From assembly GCA_964641465.1 (NCBI GenBank), contig CAZXLW010000005.1, positions 49,081-113,080 on the forward strand: a DNA stretch of 64,000 nucleotides, in the 5' to 3' direction. The stretch is from an uncultured Pirellulaceae bacterium. Lineage in GTDB: Bacteria > Planctomycetota > Planctomycetia > Pirellulales > Pirellulaceae. The translations under genes and the position numbers were made by a program. This document shows, one piece after another, positions 36,428 through 45,148 of this stretch (positions within the stretch are counted from its first letter, which is position 1; every line of letters starts with the position of its first letter). The notes under the pieces are model-generated. The model did not search any database. It saw only the letters and a program-made list of their open reading frames with translations, and was not told where the DNA came from.

Positions 36428-37822
36428 ATGTCACTACGTACCTTCTTTTGTTGCCTGTTTTGTTTGCCGTTGCTTGCTGAAGTATCTACAGGCGAAGAAG
36501 CCAAACCCAATTTCATTATCATCTTTACCGACGATCAGGGTTACGGCGACCTTGGTTGTTTTGGTTCCAAGACGATTAACACCCCGAACATAGATCAACT
36601 GGCGGCTCGCGGAAGAAAGTACACGAGCTTCTATGTGCCTTGTTCAGTTTGTTCGCCTTCACGGGCCGCTTTGTTGACAGGTTGCTACCCAAAACGGATC
36701 GGTATGCACGAGCATGTGCTGTTCCCGAAAAGTGAATATGGTTTGAATCCAGATGAATACACGATCGCCGATCACCTGAAGTCGCAGGGGTATTCAACGG
36801 CATGCGTTGGCAAATGGCACCTCGGGCATCTTCCTGAGGTGCTTCCGCGAGCCAACGGATTCGATTCCTATTTTGGGATCCCGTACTCGAATGACATGAA
36901 TCATCCGGACAACAAGCGAAAGACCAAATTGAAAAGCGACGCATTGTGGGCCGACCAGGAATCGGCGATTACCGGTTGGAATACACCATTGGTGGAAAAC
37001 GAGAAGATAGTCGAATTGCCGGCAGATCAAAGAACGATCACTCGACGCTATACGGATAGAGCGATTGAGTTTGTAACGGCGAACAAAAACAAACCGTTCT
37101 TTTTGTATTTGCCGCATTCAATGCCGCACATTCCGCTCTACGTTCCTGATGATGCCTACGATCCCGATCCGGCAAACGCCTACAAATGTGTTATCGAGCA
37201 TATCGATAGCGAAACAGGACGCTTGATGAAAACCGTTAAAGACCTCGGGCTTTCCGACAGCACGTACGTAATTTTCACGTCCGACAATGGACCTTGGCTC
37301 TGGTTCAAAAATCACGGCGGATCTGCTGGACCGCTGAGGTCCGGGAAAGGGACAACGTTCGAAGGAGGGCAACGAGTGCCTTGCGTTATCGCCGGTCCGG
37401 GCATTCCAGCCGGAACCAGCACCGATGCGTTCACGACGACGATGGACTTATTGCCGACGATTGCCGCGATTGTGGGCCAGCCGTTGCCTGGCGAAAGAAA
37501 AATAGATGGCCTGGATATTCGTCCGACATTTACTTCTGACAAATCGCCGCGAGAAGAAATGATTTTCTATTCGCCACATGGCGCACTGACCGGCCTTCGA
37601 CGTGAAAACTGGAAGTATCTGGCGATCAAACCTCGTAAACAGAAAAATGAGTCAGAGCCTGAGGTCAAGCGATACCTGTTCGATCTCGCCAAGGATTTGG
37701 GCGAACAGAACAATCGCCTCGAACAGGAACCAGAACTTGTTAAGTCAATGGAAGAACAAATGAAGCTACTTGACGATGAAATCACCGCCAACGCCCGGCC
37801 CGTTTGGCGGAAGCCGGAATAG
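36428..37822 (+). CDS. Cys-type arylsulfatase (formylglycine-dependent sulfatase family)
   Basis: 464 aa with a signal peptide, 'IIIFTDDQGYGDLGCFGS', the FGly motif 'CSPSRAALLTG' and 'GKWHLG'. Confidence 0.93.
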   Translation: MSLRTFFCCLFCLPLLAEVSTGEEAKPNFIIIFTDDQGYGDLGCFGSKTINTPNIDQLAARGRKYTSFYVPCSVCSPSRAALLTGCYPKRIGMHEHVLFPKSEYGLNPDEYTIADHLKSQGYSTACVGKWHLGHLPEVLPRANGFDSYFGIPYSNDMNHPDNKRKTKLKSDALWADQESAITGWNTPLVENEKIVELPADQRTITRRYTDRAIEFVTANKNKPFFLYLPHSMPHIPLYVPDDAYDPDPANAYKCVIEHIDSETGRLMKTVKDLGLSDSTYVIFTSDNGPWLWFKNHGGSAGPLRSGKGTTFEGGQRVPCVIAGPGIPAGTSTDAFTTTMDLLPTIAAIVGQPLPGERKIDGLDIRPTFTSDKSPREEMIFYSPHGALTGLRRENWKYLAIKPRKQKNESEPEVKRYLFDLAKDLGEQNNRLEQEPELVKSMEEQMKLLDDEITANARPVWRKPE

Positions 37823-37845
37823 TCTGCGCTTCATTCAACTTGAAT

Positions 37846-39060
37846 TCAGATTCCGGCATCGAGATTATTGAATTTGCCGATCTTCAAAAGCTCTTTCAAC
37901 ATCGCCGTTGGGTTGGCGAATCGCTGGTCAGGATCCTTGGCCAGTAATTTCAATACGACATCCTGAAACAGTTCGTTGGTTGACAGCTGGAAATTCTTGG
38001 GAGGCGCCGGTGTCTCATCGCGAACATTGGCGATCATCTCCACCATCGTATCTCCACTGATCGGAGGTCGGCCGGTCAACAGTGCATAACAGGTAGCGCC
38101 CAAGCCGTACAAATCGCTTCGCGTATCGACATCGGCGTCTGCCTTGGTTCGCTCGGGAGCGAGGTAGGGAATGTCACCGAGAATCTGGCCCGGTTGAGTC
38201 ACCTGCTGAGCCAGCGTACCTTCCAACGCCTTGGCCAACATGAAATCGCCCAGCAAACATGCGCCATCGCTCTTGCGACGAAGAATGTTGATCGGTGTTA
38301 CGTTGCGATGAACGATCTTGTTTTCGAAACCGGTTTGCAAAGCTCGTCCGATATCGACGGCGACTCGCCAGACCTTTTTCCAGTCCATCATGCCTTCGAT
38401 ACCGATGTTCTCAATTTCAGCCGCGAGGTTATCGCCGTCCACGAACTCCATCGCTGCCCAGCAGTATGGCCCGTTCTTGCCGGCGTTGAACAGCTTGACG
38501 ATCCGCTCGTCTTTGATCGGCAGCATCGTTTTCATCGCGCGAACGAATCGCTGACGCTGTTCGTCATTGGCAGTGAATTGAGGCGATAGAACTTTGACTG
38601 CCGCGACGCGATTTTTTTCGCTGTCCGTCGCCTTGAACATCATGCCAGAATTACCTGTGCCGACAATCTTGTCCAACATGTACGGACCCAATTGCACGCC
38701 AACCAGGTCTTTGAGCGGCTTGATAAGAGTCGGCTGCTCAACGTAGCCTGGCGCGATGGTTGTCTCGCCATCGTCCTTGATAATTTGCATTGTCGAGTCA
38801 CCGACGCGGATGGTGTTACCAATCTCAACATTCTCGGTTTTGATCTGCGTATTGTCGACGAATGTGCCGGACGAACTTCCCAGGTCCGTGATCGAGATCG
38901 AGTTCTCAAGTACGGCGACTTCGAAATGAACTCTGGATACAGACGGATCGTTGATTTGTGTATCGGATTTGTCGCCGCGACCGACGACCAGTTTTTTACC
39001 AGGTGACAAATCAAAAGCACGTCCTTTGTCAGGACCCGAGATTATTTTTAGCTGCAGCAT
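37846..39060 (-). CDS. FHA-domain protein fused to a degenerate Ser/Thr kinase domain (predicted pseudokinase)
   Basis: 404 aa. The FHA domain shows 'LVVGRGDKSDTQINDPSVSRVHFEV...GSSSGTFVDN'. The kinase-like domain has 'GTGNSGMMF' and 'AAVKVL' but 'HRNVTPINIL' instead of HRDxKPxN (Asn codon at 38304..38302), 'DFM' instead of DFG (Met codon at 38241..38239), and 'RFVRAMK' where the alpha-C Glu is expected. Confidence 0.85.
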   Translation of the reverse strand: MLQLKIISGPDKGRAFDLSPGKKLVVGRGDKSDTQINDPSVSRVHFEVAVLENSISITDLGSSSGTFVDNTQIKTENVEIGNTIRVGDSTMQIIKDDGETTIAPGYVEQPTLIKPLKDLVGVQLGPYMLDKIVGTGNSGMMFKATDSEKNRVAAVKVLSPQFTANDEQRQRFVRAMKTMLPIKDERIVKLFNAGKNGPYCWAAMEFVDGDNLAAEIENIGIEGMMDWKKVWRVAVDIGRALQTGFENKIVHRNVTPINILRRKSDGACLLGDFMLAKALEGTLAQQVTQPGQILGDIPYLAPERTKADADVDTRSDLYGLGATCYALLTGRPPISGDTMVEMIANVRDETPAPPKNFQLSTNELFQDVVLKLLAKDPDQRFANPTAMLKELLKIGKFNNLDAGI

Positions 39061-39190
39061 TGCACTTCAATAACGTTCAAATTGACTACTCAGAATCAGC
39101 CCGATCAGAATGGGCTTTGGTGTGACTATAGTAAAGCAAAACCCGGAAATCAGGAAAGCAAAACCGGGTAATTGCAGTTTATAAACTAAA

Positions 39191-39226
39191 GAACGCGGCG
39201 TTCCATTGAGTTGGAACGCCGCGTTC
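39191..39226 (-). terminator. Intrinsic terminator hairpin downstream of ndk
   Basis: Perfect 15-bp inverted repeat GAACGCGGCGTTCCA / TGGAACGCCGCGTTC with a 6-nt loop, about 60 nt after the ndk stop. On the minus strand it is followed by TTTAGTTTAT. Confidence 0.7.
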
Positions 39227-39286
39227 GGTTCGAGTTTCCGGTTGGAAATGATTTTTCCACGTAGGCGGATTTGCGCTTCGAAGCGA

Positions 39287-39748
39287 TTACGCTTCGTCGC
39301 CGGCGCGATACCACTTGGCCAGATCTGGCTGGAAGTCGCAAAGTTCTGCGTCGGTGAAATAGAGACCAATTTCCCGAGCCGCGGCTTCCGGTCCGTCCGA
39401 AGCGTGGACGAGGTTCATCTGGCGGCTGCTGGAAAAGTCCCCCCGAATGGTGCCGGGTGCTGCTTCCAGGCCGCTGGTCTTGCCAAGCATTTCACGAACC
39501 ACACGGATCGAATTGAGCCCTTCCAGGACAACGGCGACGACTGGTGCTCCCGTAATGAACTCTTCGAGGCCGGAGTAAAACGGCTTTTCGACGTGCTCTG
39601 CGTAGTGCTGTTTGGACAACTCAGGGGTGACGTGCATGAGCTTCATGGCCACGATTGAGAGTGCTTTATTCTCGAAGCGGGTAATGATTTGTCCGATAAG
39701 CCGACGCTGAACGGCATCTGGCTTGAGTAGAATTAGTGTTCTTTCCAT
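39287..39748 (-). CDS. ndk: Nucleoside diphosphate kinase
   Basis: The track ORF extends to 39922, but the conserved protein begins at ATG 39748: 'MERTLILLKPDAVQRRLIGQIITRFE...', 'NLVHASDGPE' (active-site His). Confidence 0.95.
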   Translation of the reverse strand: MERTLILLKPDAVQRRLIGQIITRFENKALSIVAMKLMHVTPELSKQHYAEHVEKPFYSGLEEFITGAPVVAVVLEGLNSIRVVREMLGKTSGLEAAPGTIRGDFSSSRQMNLVHASDGPEAAAREIGLYFTDAELCDFQPDLAKWYRAGDEA

Positions 39749-40095
39749 CGATATTGATCCCGGAGGGTTCAGAAAATTCTGTAGTTGATTTTTGAAGCGT
39801 CGGATTCTAGCAGAGTTTTCCCCCTTCCGAAAACCACCAAATTTTGCCAAACTAGCCGTTATTCCCGAGGATTTCGGTCTGACTCGTGGCAGATGTTTGT
39901 CTCGCAGCCGAGCATTGGGCAACCGCCGACCAGCGATGGCAAGTCGTCAGAGCTTACGCAGTAGCCGACTTGCAAGGCCCAGCCGTTTTAGGCAAGGCAT
40001 GAACAAGTCCTCACATTGGTACATATTCAGAACTGCGGTTCATTCTATTAGTCGGGCTCCTGTAATTTCATACCCCGCCCGCTCGCGAGTCTTCC

Positions 40096-41958
40096 ATGGT
40101 CACGACCACAGATCAATTTCCTTCCACGGCCAAGCCGTCCGAATCTGTTTCCGGAGTCACTGTACGACTGGCCGGCGACAGTGGTGACGGAATGCAGTTG
40201 CTGGGTACTCAGCTAACCAATACATCGGCGTTGTCCGGCAATGATGTCGCAACGTTTCCAGACTTCCCGGCCGAGATCCGTGCACCCCGCGGTACACGGG
40301 CTGGCGTCAGTGGATTTCAGGTGCAGTTTTCCGCCGAAGAGATTTTCACTCCCGGCGACGGTTTGGACGCGCTGATTTGTATGAACCCGGCAGCGCTGGT
40401 TACGAATATCGCTGACTTGAAATCATCCGGGATCCTGGTTGTCAATTCCGACAGCTTTGAAGCCAAAGACCTCAAGCTTGCCAAGCTCGACGAAAATCCG
40501 TTGGACGGCAGTTCGCTCGAAAAATATCGTGTGATCAAAGTTCCGATGACTTCGTTGACTCGTAAAGCAGTCGAAGAGACCGGTGTCTCTACGAAGATCG
40601 CTGATCGCTGTAAGAACTTTTTCGCGATGGGTTTGGTGTTCTGGTTGTACGGTCGCGAAGTCGAACCGACATTGAATTTCATTGAGGCGAAATTCAAAGG
40701 TAAGCCGGACGTCGCAGCGGCGAACCGAATGGCCCTCAACGCCGGTTGGAACTTTGGCGAGACCACCGAACACTTCGCTTCGACGTATCAAGTGGCACCG
40801 GCGGAACTGAAACCGGGTACCTATCGAAATATCATGGGCAACCAGGCATTGGCTTGGGGACTGATATCGGCATCGCAGCTCAGCAAGAAACAGTTGTTCC
40901 TGGGTTCGTATCCGATCACGCCTGCCAGTGACGTTTTGCATGAGCTGAGTAAATTCAAACACTTCGGCGTGCGAACATTTCAGGCGGAGGACGAGATCGC
41001 TGCCGTTTGTTCGACGGTTGGAGCTGCATTCGGTGGCTCGATGGCAGTCACCACCAGCAGCGGCCCCGGAATCGCGCTCAAGGGCGAAGGAATCGGGCTC
41101 GGTGTGATTCTCGAATTGCCGTTTATCGTGATCGACATTCAACGTGGCGGCCCAAGTACTGGTTTGCCGACCAAGACGGAACAGTCGGATTTGCTGATGG
41201 TCAAACATGGACGCAACGGAGAGTCTCCGATGCCGATCATTGCAGCACAAAGTCCAAGCGACTGTTTCATGGTTGCGATTGAAGCCTGGCGTATTGCCAC
41301 CAAGTTCATGACTCCTGTGTTCATCTTGTCGGATGGTTACATCGCCAACGGTGCCGAGCCATGGAAGATTCCGAACGCCGCGGACCTGGAGCCAATCGAA
41401 GTCACACACCCGCAAGCCAACGGCGAAACGTTCCTGCCCTACAGCCGCGATGAAAATCTTGCTCGACCCTGGGCCATTCCAGGCACGCCCGGACTGGCGC
41501 ATCGGATTGGTGGCTTGGAGAAAGAAGACGGGACTGGAAACGTTAGCTACGATCCGGAAAACCATCAGCACATGGTCGACACGCGAGCGAACAAGATTGC
41601 CAAAGTCGCTGACTTCGTTGATCCATTAGAGGTCGACGGACCGGAAGGTGGTTTGTTGGTGCTTGGCTGGGGAGGCACGTACGGTGCCTGCCGAACGGCC
41701 GTACACACTTGCCGAGAAAACGGAATGCAAGTCGCCCACGCGCACCTCCGTTGGCTCAACCCGTTCCCCAGGAACCTGGCAGAAGTCCTCAGCAAGTTCG
41801 ACAAGATCCTGATCCCGGAATTGAATTCGGGTCAGCTTCGAATGATCATCAAGAGCGAGTTTGATGTCGCGGTCGAAGGCCTTAACAAAGTCAAAGGCAA
41901 ACCGTTTCGCGTCAGTGAAGTGGTTGAGAAGATCCAACAGATTTCCCCAAGCAAATAG
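40096..41958 (+). CDS. korA: 2-oxoglutarate/2-oxoacid:ferredoxin oxidoreductase, alpha subunit
   Basis: 620 aa with the N-terminal gamma-like domain 'VRLAGDSGDGMQLLG' followed by the alpha domain 'GNQALAWGLI...GSYPITPASD'. It is paired with a TPP-binding beta subunit. Confidence 0.88.
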   Translation: MVTTTDQFPSTAKPSESVSGVTVRLAGDSGDGMQLLGTQLTNTSALSGNDVATFPDFPAEIRAPRGTRAGVSGFQVQFSAEEIFTPGDGLDALICMNPAALVTNIADLKSSGILVVNSDSFEAKDLKLAKLDENPLDGSSLEKYRVIKVPMTSLTRKAVEETGVSTKIADRCKNFFAMGLVFWLYGREVEPTLNFIEAKFKGKPDVAAANRMALNAGWNFGETTEHFASTYQVAPAELKPGTYRNIMGNQALAWGLISASQLSKKQLFLGSYPITPASDVLHELSKFKHFGVRTFQAEDEIAAVCSTVGAAFGGSMAVTTSSGPGIALKGEGIGLGVILELPFIVIDIQRGGPSTGLPTKTEQSDLLMVKHGRNGESPMPIIAAQSPSDCFMVAIEAWRIATKFMTPVFILSDGYIANGAEPWKIPNAADLEPIEVTHPQANGETFLPYSRDENLARPWAIPGTPGLAHRIGGLEKEDGTGNVSYDPENHQHMVDTRANKIAKVADFVDPLEVDGPEGGLLVLGWGGTYGACRTAVHTCRENGMQVAHAHLRWLNPFPRNLAEVLSKFDKILIPELNSGQLRMIIKSEFDVAVEGLNKVKGKPFRVSEVVEKIQQISPSK

Positions 41959-41999
41959 TACAAACAAAATAGTAGATCAGAGCGTAAGGAAGAGCATCC

Positions 42000-43016
42000 A
42001 TGAGCAGCACAGAACTACCTGTACTCAAGCCAGCTGACTTTGCATCCGATCAGGATGTCCGATGGTGTCCCGGTTGCGGCGACTACTCCATTCTTGCCAA
42101 CATGAAAAAGGCGTTGCCGGACTTGGGCGTGACTCCCGACAACACCGTATTCATCTCGGGGATTGGTTGCTCCAGCCGTTTTCCTTACTACATGAATACT
42201 TATGGCATGCACAGCATTCATGGCCGTGCACCTGCGTTTGCGACCGGCCTGAAATCGTCTCGCCCTGATCTGAATGTCTGGGTGATCACTGGCGATGGCG
42301 ATGCACTGAGTATCGGTGGCAATCACTTGATGCACGCGATCCGTCGTAACATCGACATCAATATCGTGCTGTTTAATAATCGAATCTACGGATTGACCAA
42401 AGGACAGTACTCGCCGACTTCAAGCGTCGGTCACGTGACTAAGAGTACGCCGGCAGGTTCGATCGACCATCCGCTGAATCCGATCTCCGTTGCCTTGGCA
42501 GCCGAAGCCACGTTCGTTGCTCGCAGTATCGATGTGAATGCCAAGCACCTGATCCCAACGCTGAAGCGAGCGGCCGAACATCGCGGAACGTCTTTCGTCG
42601 AAGTTTATCAGAACTGCAACGTCTTTAATGACGGCGTCTGGGATTACATGAAAGACAAGGCGACCAAAGACGATAACTCGTTGTTCCTTGAGCACGGCAA
42701 GCCGATGATTTTCGGTGGCGGCAAGAAAGGGATTCGCCTGAATGGTTGGAGTCCGGAAGTCGTCGACTTGGACGGCAGTATCGCCCAGGATGACTTGCTG
42801 TTCCATGATGAAAAGGCACTGAATCCACAACTGGCATTCATGCTTAGTCGCATGCGAGTTCCTGATTTCCCAGAACCGCTGGGCGTCTTCCGCTGTGTCG
42901 AACGAGCTACCTATGATTCAGCTCTAAACGCACAGATTGATCAAGCCGTGTCCGATAGAGGGGCAGGGCAGTTGGATCAACTGTTCCGCAGCGGCGAAAC
43001 CTGGGACGTTTCCTGA
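42000..43016 (+). CDS. korB: 2-oxoglutarate/2-oxoacid:ferredoxin oxidoreductase, beta (TPP-binding) subunit
   Basis: 338 aa with 'WCPGCGDYSIL', 'SGIGCSSRFPYY' and 'GDGDALSIGGNHL'. Confidence 0.9.
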   Translation: MSSTELPVLKPADFASDQDVRWCPGCGDYSILANMKKALPDLGVTPDNTVFISGIGCSSRFPYYMNTYGMHSIHGRAPAFATGLKSSRPDLNVWVITGDGDALSIGGNHLMHAIRRNIDINIVLFNNRIYGLTKGQYSPTSSVGHVTKSTPAGSIDHPLNPISVALAAEATFVARSIDVNAKHLIPTLKRAAEHRGTSFVEVYQNCNVFNDGVWDYMKDKATKDDNSLFLEHGKPMIFGGGKKGIRLNGWSPEVVDLDGSIAQDDLLFHDEKALNPQLAFMLSRMRVPDFPEPLGVFRCVERATYDSALNAQIDQAVSDRGAGQLDQLFRSGETWDVS

Positions 43017-43031
43017 ATCGGAGCGCAATAA

Positions 43032-43064
43032 AAAAACGCGCCGGCTTGAAGCAGACGCGTTTTT
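43032..43064. terminator. Bidirectional terminator-like hairpin between convergent korB and the Gly/Cys-rich protein gene
   Basis: AAAAACGCG (43032..43040) pairs with CGCGTTTTT (43056..43064) around a 15-nt loop. An A-run and a T-run flank the GC core on both strands. The stem is short, hence moderate confidence. Confidence 0.5.
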
Positions 43065-43132
43065 CTCAGGAAACCAAATCTCGGATGAGACGGGAAGACT
43101 TTTAAATTCGATGAGATTTGTATTCCTGGGTG

Positions 43133-43951
43133 CTACCGAATGTGAGACCACGGGGCACGAACTGGATAGACTCCCAGCTGATTAGTGTTTGATGGCCAGT
43201 GCGGTGCAGACGAAAATTGCTGCGAGATCCCGCTGCCTCCGCCTGGATTAGCCGAACCGAACTGATGGTTGATTGGCAGGCTCGTTGTGCCGCCAACTCC
43301 CCACGAGTAATTTGTCTGGAACGATGCGGTGGGAGGAACAACCAAAGCGGTTGGTGCATTCCATCGCCAGTAATTATGTCCGCCGTGCCACGGAGTCTGC
43401 TGGGCTCGGCTGCGGTTCCACGCATCCGTACGGGCGGCATCGATTCCATTATGACTGTACGCGTACCCAGGAGCAGGGTGAAATCGGTCGCGAGAAGCTT
43501 GCCAAGCTCGCTTGACTCCCATCTGGTACTGGCGAAGTTGGCAACCAGGACAAGCTACATCCCAATTGCCATTGGTGAACTGACAATTTCCCTGGCAAGG
43601 CCATTTGCTTTGGTCGACACTGTTGCCGATACCAGTCGTGGGATCCACGTTGTCTGTTGGACCTGGGTCGATCAAGGTCTCGCCTTTGCGGGCACACAGT
43701 CCGCACAGCTTCCCGCGAAGGCAACGTCCGCCACAGCCACTGCAAACTCCGCCTCCACCGGCATCGTAGCCTTCGGTACCGCCATCATAGTACTCGGAGC
43801 CACCGCCAATGTATTCCGAACCACCACCATCGTAGTACTCCGAGCCAACACAATCCTGGCACTGGGCACTGACATCTGCATTGATGCCTGCGTTGATGCC
43901 AATCGCGGCCACGAGGACCAGCGTTCTATAAAGGATTTCTTTCATTTCCAT
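43133..43951 (-). CDS. Secreted Gly/Cys/Tyr-rich protein, unknown function
   Basis: 272 aa with signal peptide 'LYRTLVLVAAIGINAGINADVSAQ', the internal repeat 'GSEYYDGGGSEYIGGGSEYYDGG', and Cys clusters 'CQDC', 'CSGCGGRCLRGKLCGLC' and 'CQGNCQ...CPGC'. Preferred over the long antisense ORF (see rejected items). Confidence 0.6.
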   Translation of the reverse strand: MEMKEILYRTLVLVAAIGINAGINADVSAQCQDCVGSEYYDGGGSEYIGGGSEYYDGGTEGYDAGGGGVCSGCGGRCLRGKLCGLCARKGETLIDPGPTDNVDPTTGIGNSVDQSKWPCQGNCQFTNGNWDVACPGCQLRQYQMGVKRAWQASRDRFHPAPGYAYSHNGIDAARTDAWNRSRAQQTPWHGGHNYWRWNAPTALVVPPTASFQTNYSWGVGGTTSLPINHQFGSANPGGGSGISQQFSSAPHWPSNTNQLGVYPVRAPWSHIR

Positions 43952-44018
43952 TCCTGGGGTTTGTTGTTCGCCAACATGTTTAGTTTCACTGGCCGACCGG
44001 ATTGTTCGGCAATCTGCT

Positions 44019-44765
44019 TTAACGGTAATTTCGACTGTTCATGGATTCAGCTGCTCGAGCGACAGCCTGTTGCCGAGCGTTGTTCCAGTTCGAAGATTTG
44101 GCAGCACAACTTTCGCAGCCGCCGTATCCACTTCCGCCGCCGCTTTCGTATCCATAGCCATCACCGTAGTCGCCGGAATCGAATCCGCCACAACTCCCGT
44201 CGCTGCATCCACCGCCACTGCCATGTCCAAGACCACCAAGTCCACCGAAGTGTCCGCCACCATGATGACCAAGTGCTCCGTGTAGCAAACCAGTCTTCGG
44301 ACGCGGAACTGTGTATCTTCTGTTCCAGGCGTTTTGCAATTTCTGGAACGGCAGAGTGACTCCCGGCAGCGGAACAACGCTGTTGCTTCCACTTTGCCAG
44401 CGAACGGTTGTCTTGTTGACGCCGTAGCCGCCTTGGTTACGTCCGCCACCGCACTGGTCGCAGTAGAACGATTCGGGTGTCGCGTAATAGCGATAGTAAT
44501 CTCGCTGGTGAGCGTACATGTGTTCGTGCGGCATCAGTGGCTGGTACGTGTTGTACGTATGGCCAACATGACGAGGCACTTGGTGAGGTGCCGGGTACAA
44601 TTCCGCGTGAGTCGAACTGGCTCCCTGCGTGTAGTACTGCGAGAACAAGTTGTTAGGCCGGCTGCCTTGAGCAACAACGGCGTCTGCTGCCATGGTGACA
44701 ACGGTGAAACAGACTATCGCGACAATGGTTTTACCGTGTCGGCAAATTTGATTTTGGGTCTTCAT
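44019..44765 (-). CDS. Secreted Gly/His/Tyr-rich protein, unknown function
   Basis: 248 aa with signal/TM 'TIVAIVCFTVVTMAADAVVAQ', a His/Tyr/Pro-rich segment 'YPAPHQVPRHVGHTYNTYQPLMPHEHMYAHQRDYYRYY', and a Gly-rich tail 'GHHGGGHFGGLGGLGHGSGGGCSDGSCGG...GGCESC'. Confidence 0.6.
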   Translation of the reverse strand: MKTQNQICRHGKTIVAIVCFTVVTMAADAVVAQGSRPNNLFSQYYTQGASSTHAELYPAPHQVPRHVGHTYNTYQPLMPHEHMYAHQRDYYRYYATPESFYCDQCGGGRNQGGYGVNKTTVRWQSGSNSVVPLPGVTLPFQKLQNAWNRRYTVPRPKTGLLHGALGHHGGGHFGGLGGLGHGSGGGCSDGSCGGFDSGDYGDGYGYESGGGSGYGGCESCAAKSSNWNNARQQAVARAAESMNSRNYR

Positions 44766-45148
44766 CGTTCAGGTTCCTGCTGATTAGTGTTTCCCAACGG
44801 CGGCGAGTTTGCTGCCTTTGTGATCCGGTACAGGCCGTTTCGGACAAACGATCGCTGCGATTGCAATCCGCGGATTCACTGGATTCAGTTGAGTTTTTCG
44901 GCGAGTAGGCAAAACTGCTTTCAGCCAAAAGTTCCGATCTTCCGTGCAAACTGATTCGAGCCACGATACAACCGGAAGAACGTTTACAACCAAAACTGCC
45001 TGATTGCTACATTTTGCCTGGCACGCAAGTGTTGCCTTTTCCGGATACAGGCACAATTAGAAAGCCTGATCCAGCTTCTCATTCGTGGTGGTGGCGCTTG
45101 ATGGCGATCTACACGAGGCGATGAATTGGAATAGAAGGCAAAAGTACC

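Noticed and set aside
39792-40187. A 131-aa plus-strand ORF bridging the ndk-korA intergenic region.
   Set aside because: It has an Arg/Ser-rich low-complexity translation, overlaps the korA start out of frame, and has no motif. The extended ndk ORF (to 39922) was also trimmed because the conserved NDK sequence starts at the ATG at 39748.
40423-41571. A 382-aa minus-strand ORF inside korA.
   Set aside because: The plus strand encodes an unmistakable 2-oxoacid:ferredoxin oxidoreductase alpha subunit. The antisense product is Arg-rich and motif-free, which is typical of a shadow ORF.
43199-44359. A 386-aa plus-strand ORF spanning both Gly-rich protein genes and their intergenic spacer.
   Set aside because: It is the antisense shadow of Gly-rich (GGN) coding sequence. 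Its product is Arg/Ser/Thr/Ala/His-rich with no signal peptide, motif or plausible start context. The minus-strand ORFs have clean signal peptides and internal peptide repeats.
45019-45035. TGGCACGcaagtgTTGC resembling a sigma-54 -24/-12 promoter.
   Set aside because: The GG-to-GC spacing is two nucleotides longer than the consensus TGGCACG-N4-TTGC. It also lies on the plus strand with no downstream plus-strand gene. The TGGCACC cores of the 52.1-kb repeats likewise lack a correctly spaced TTGC.
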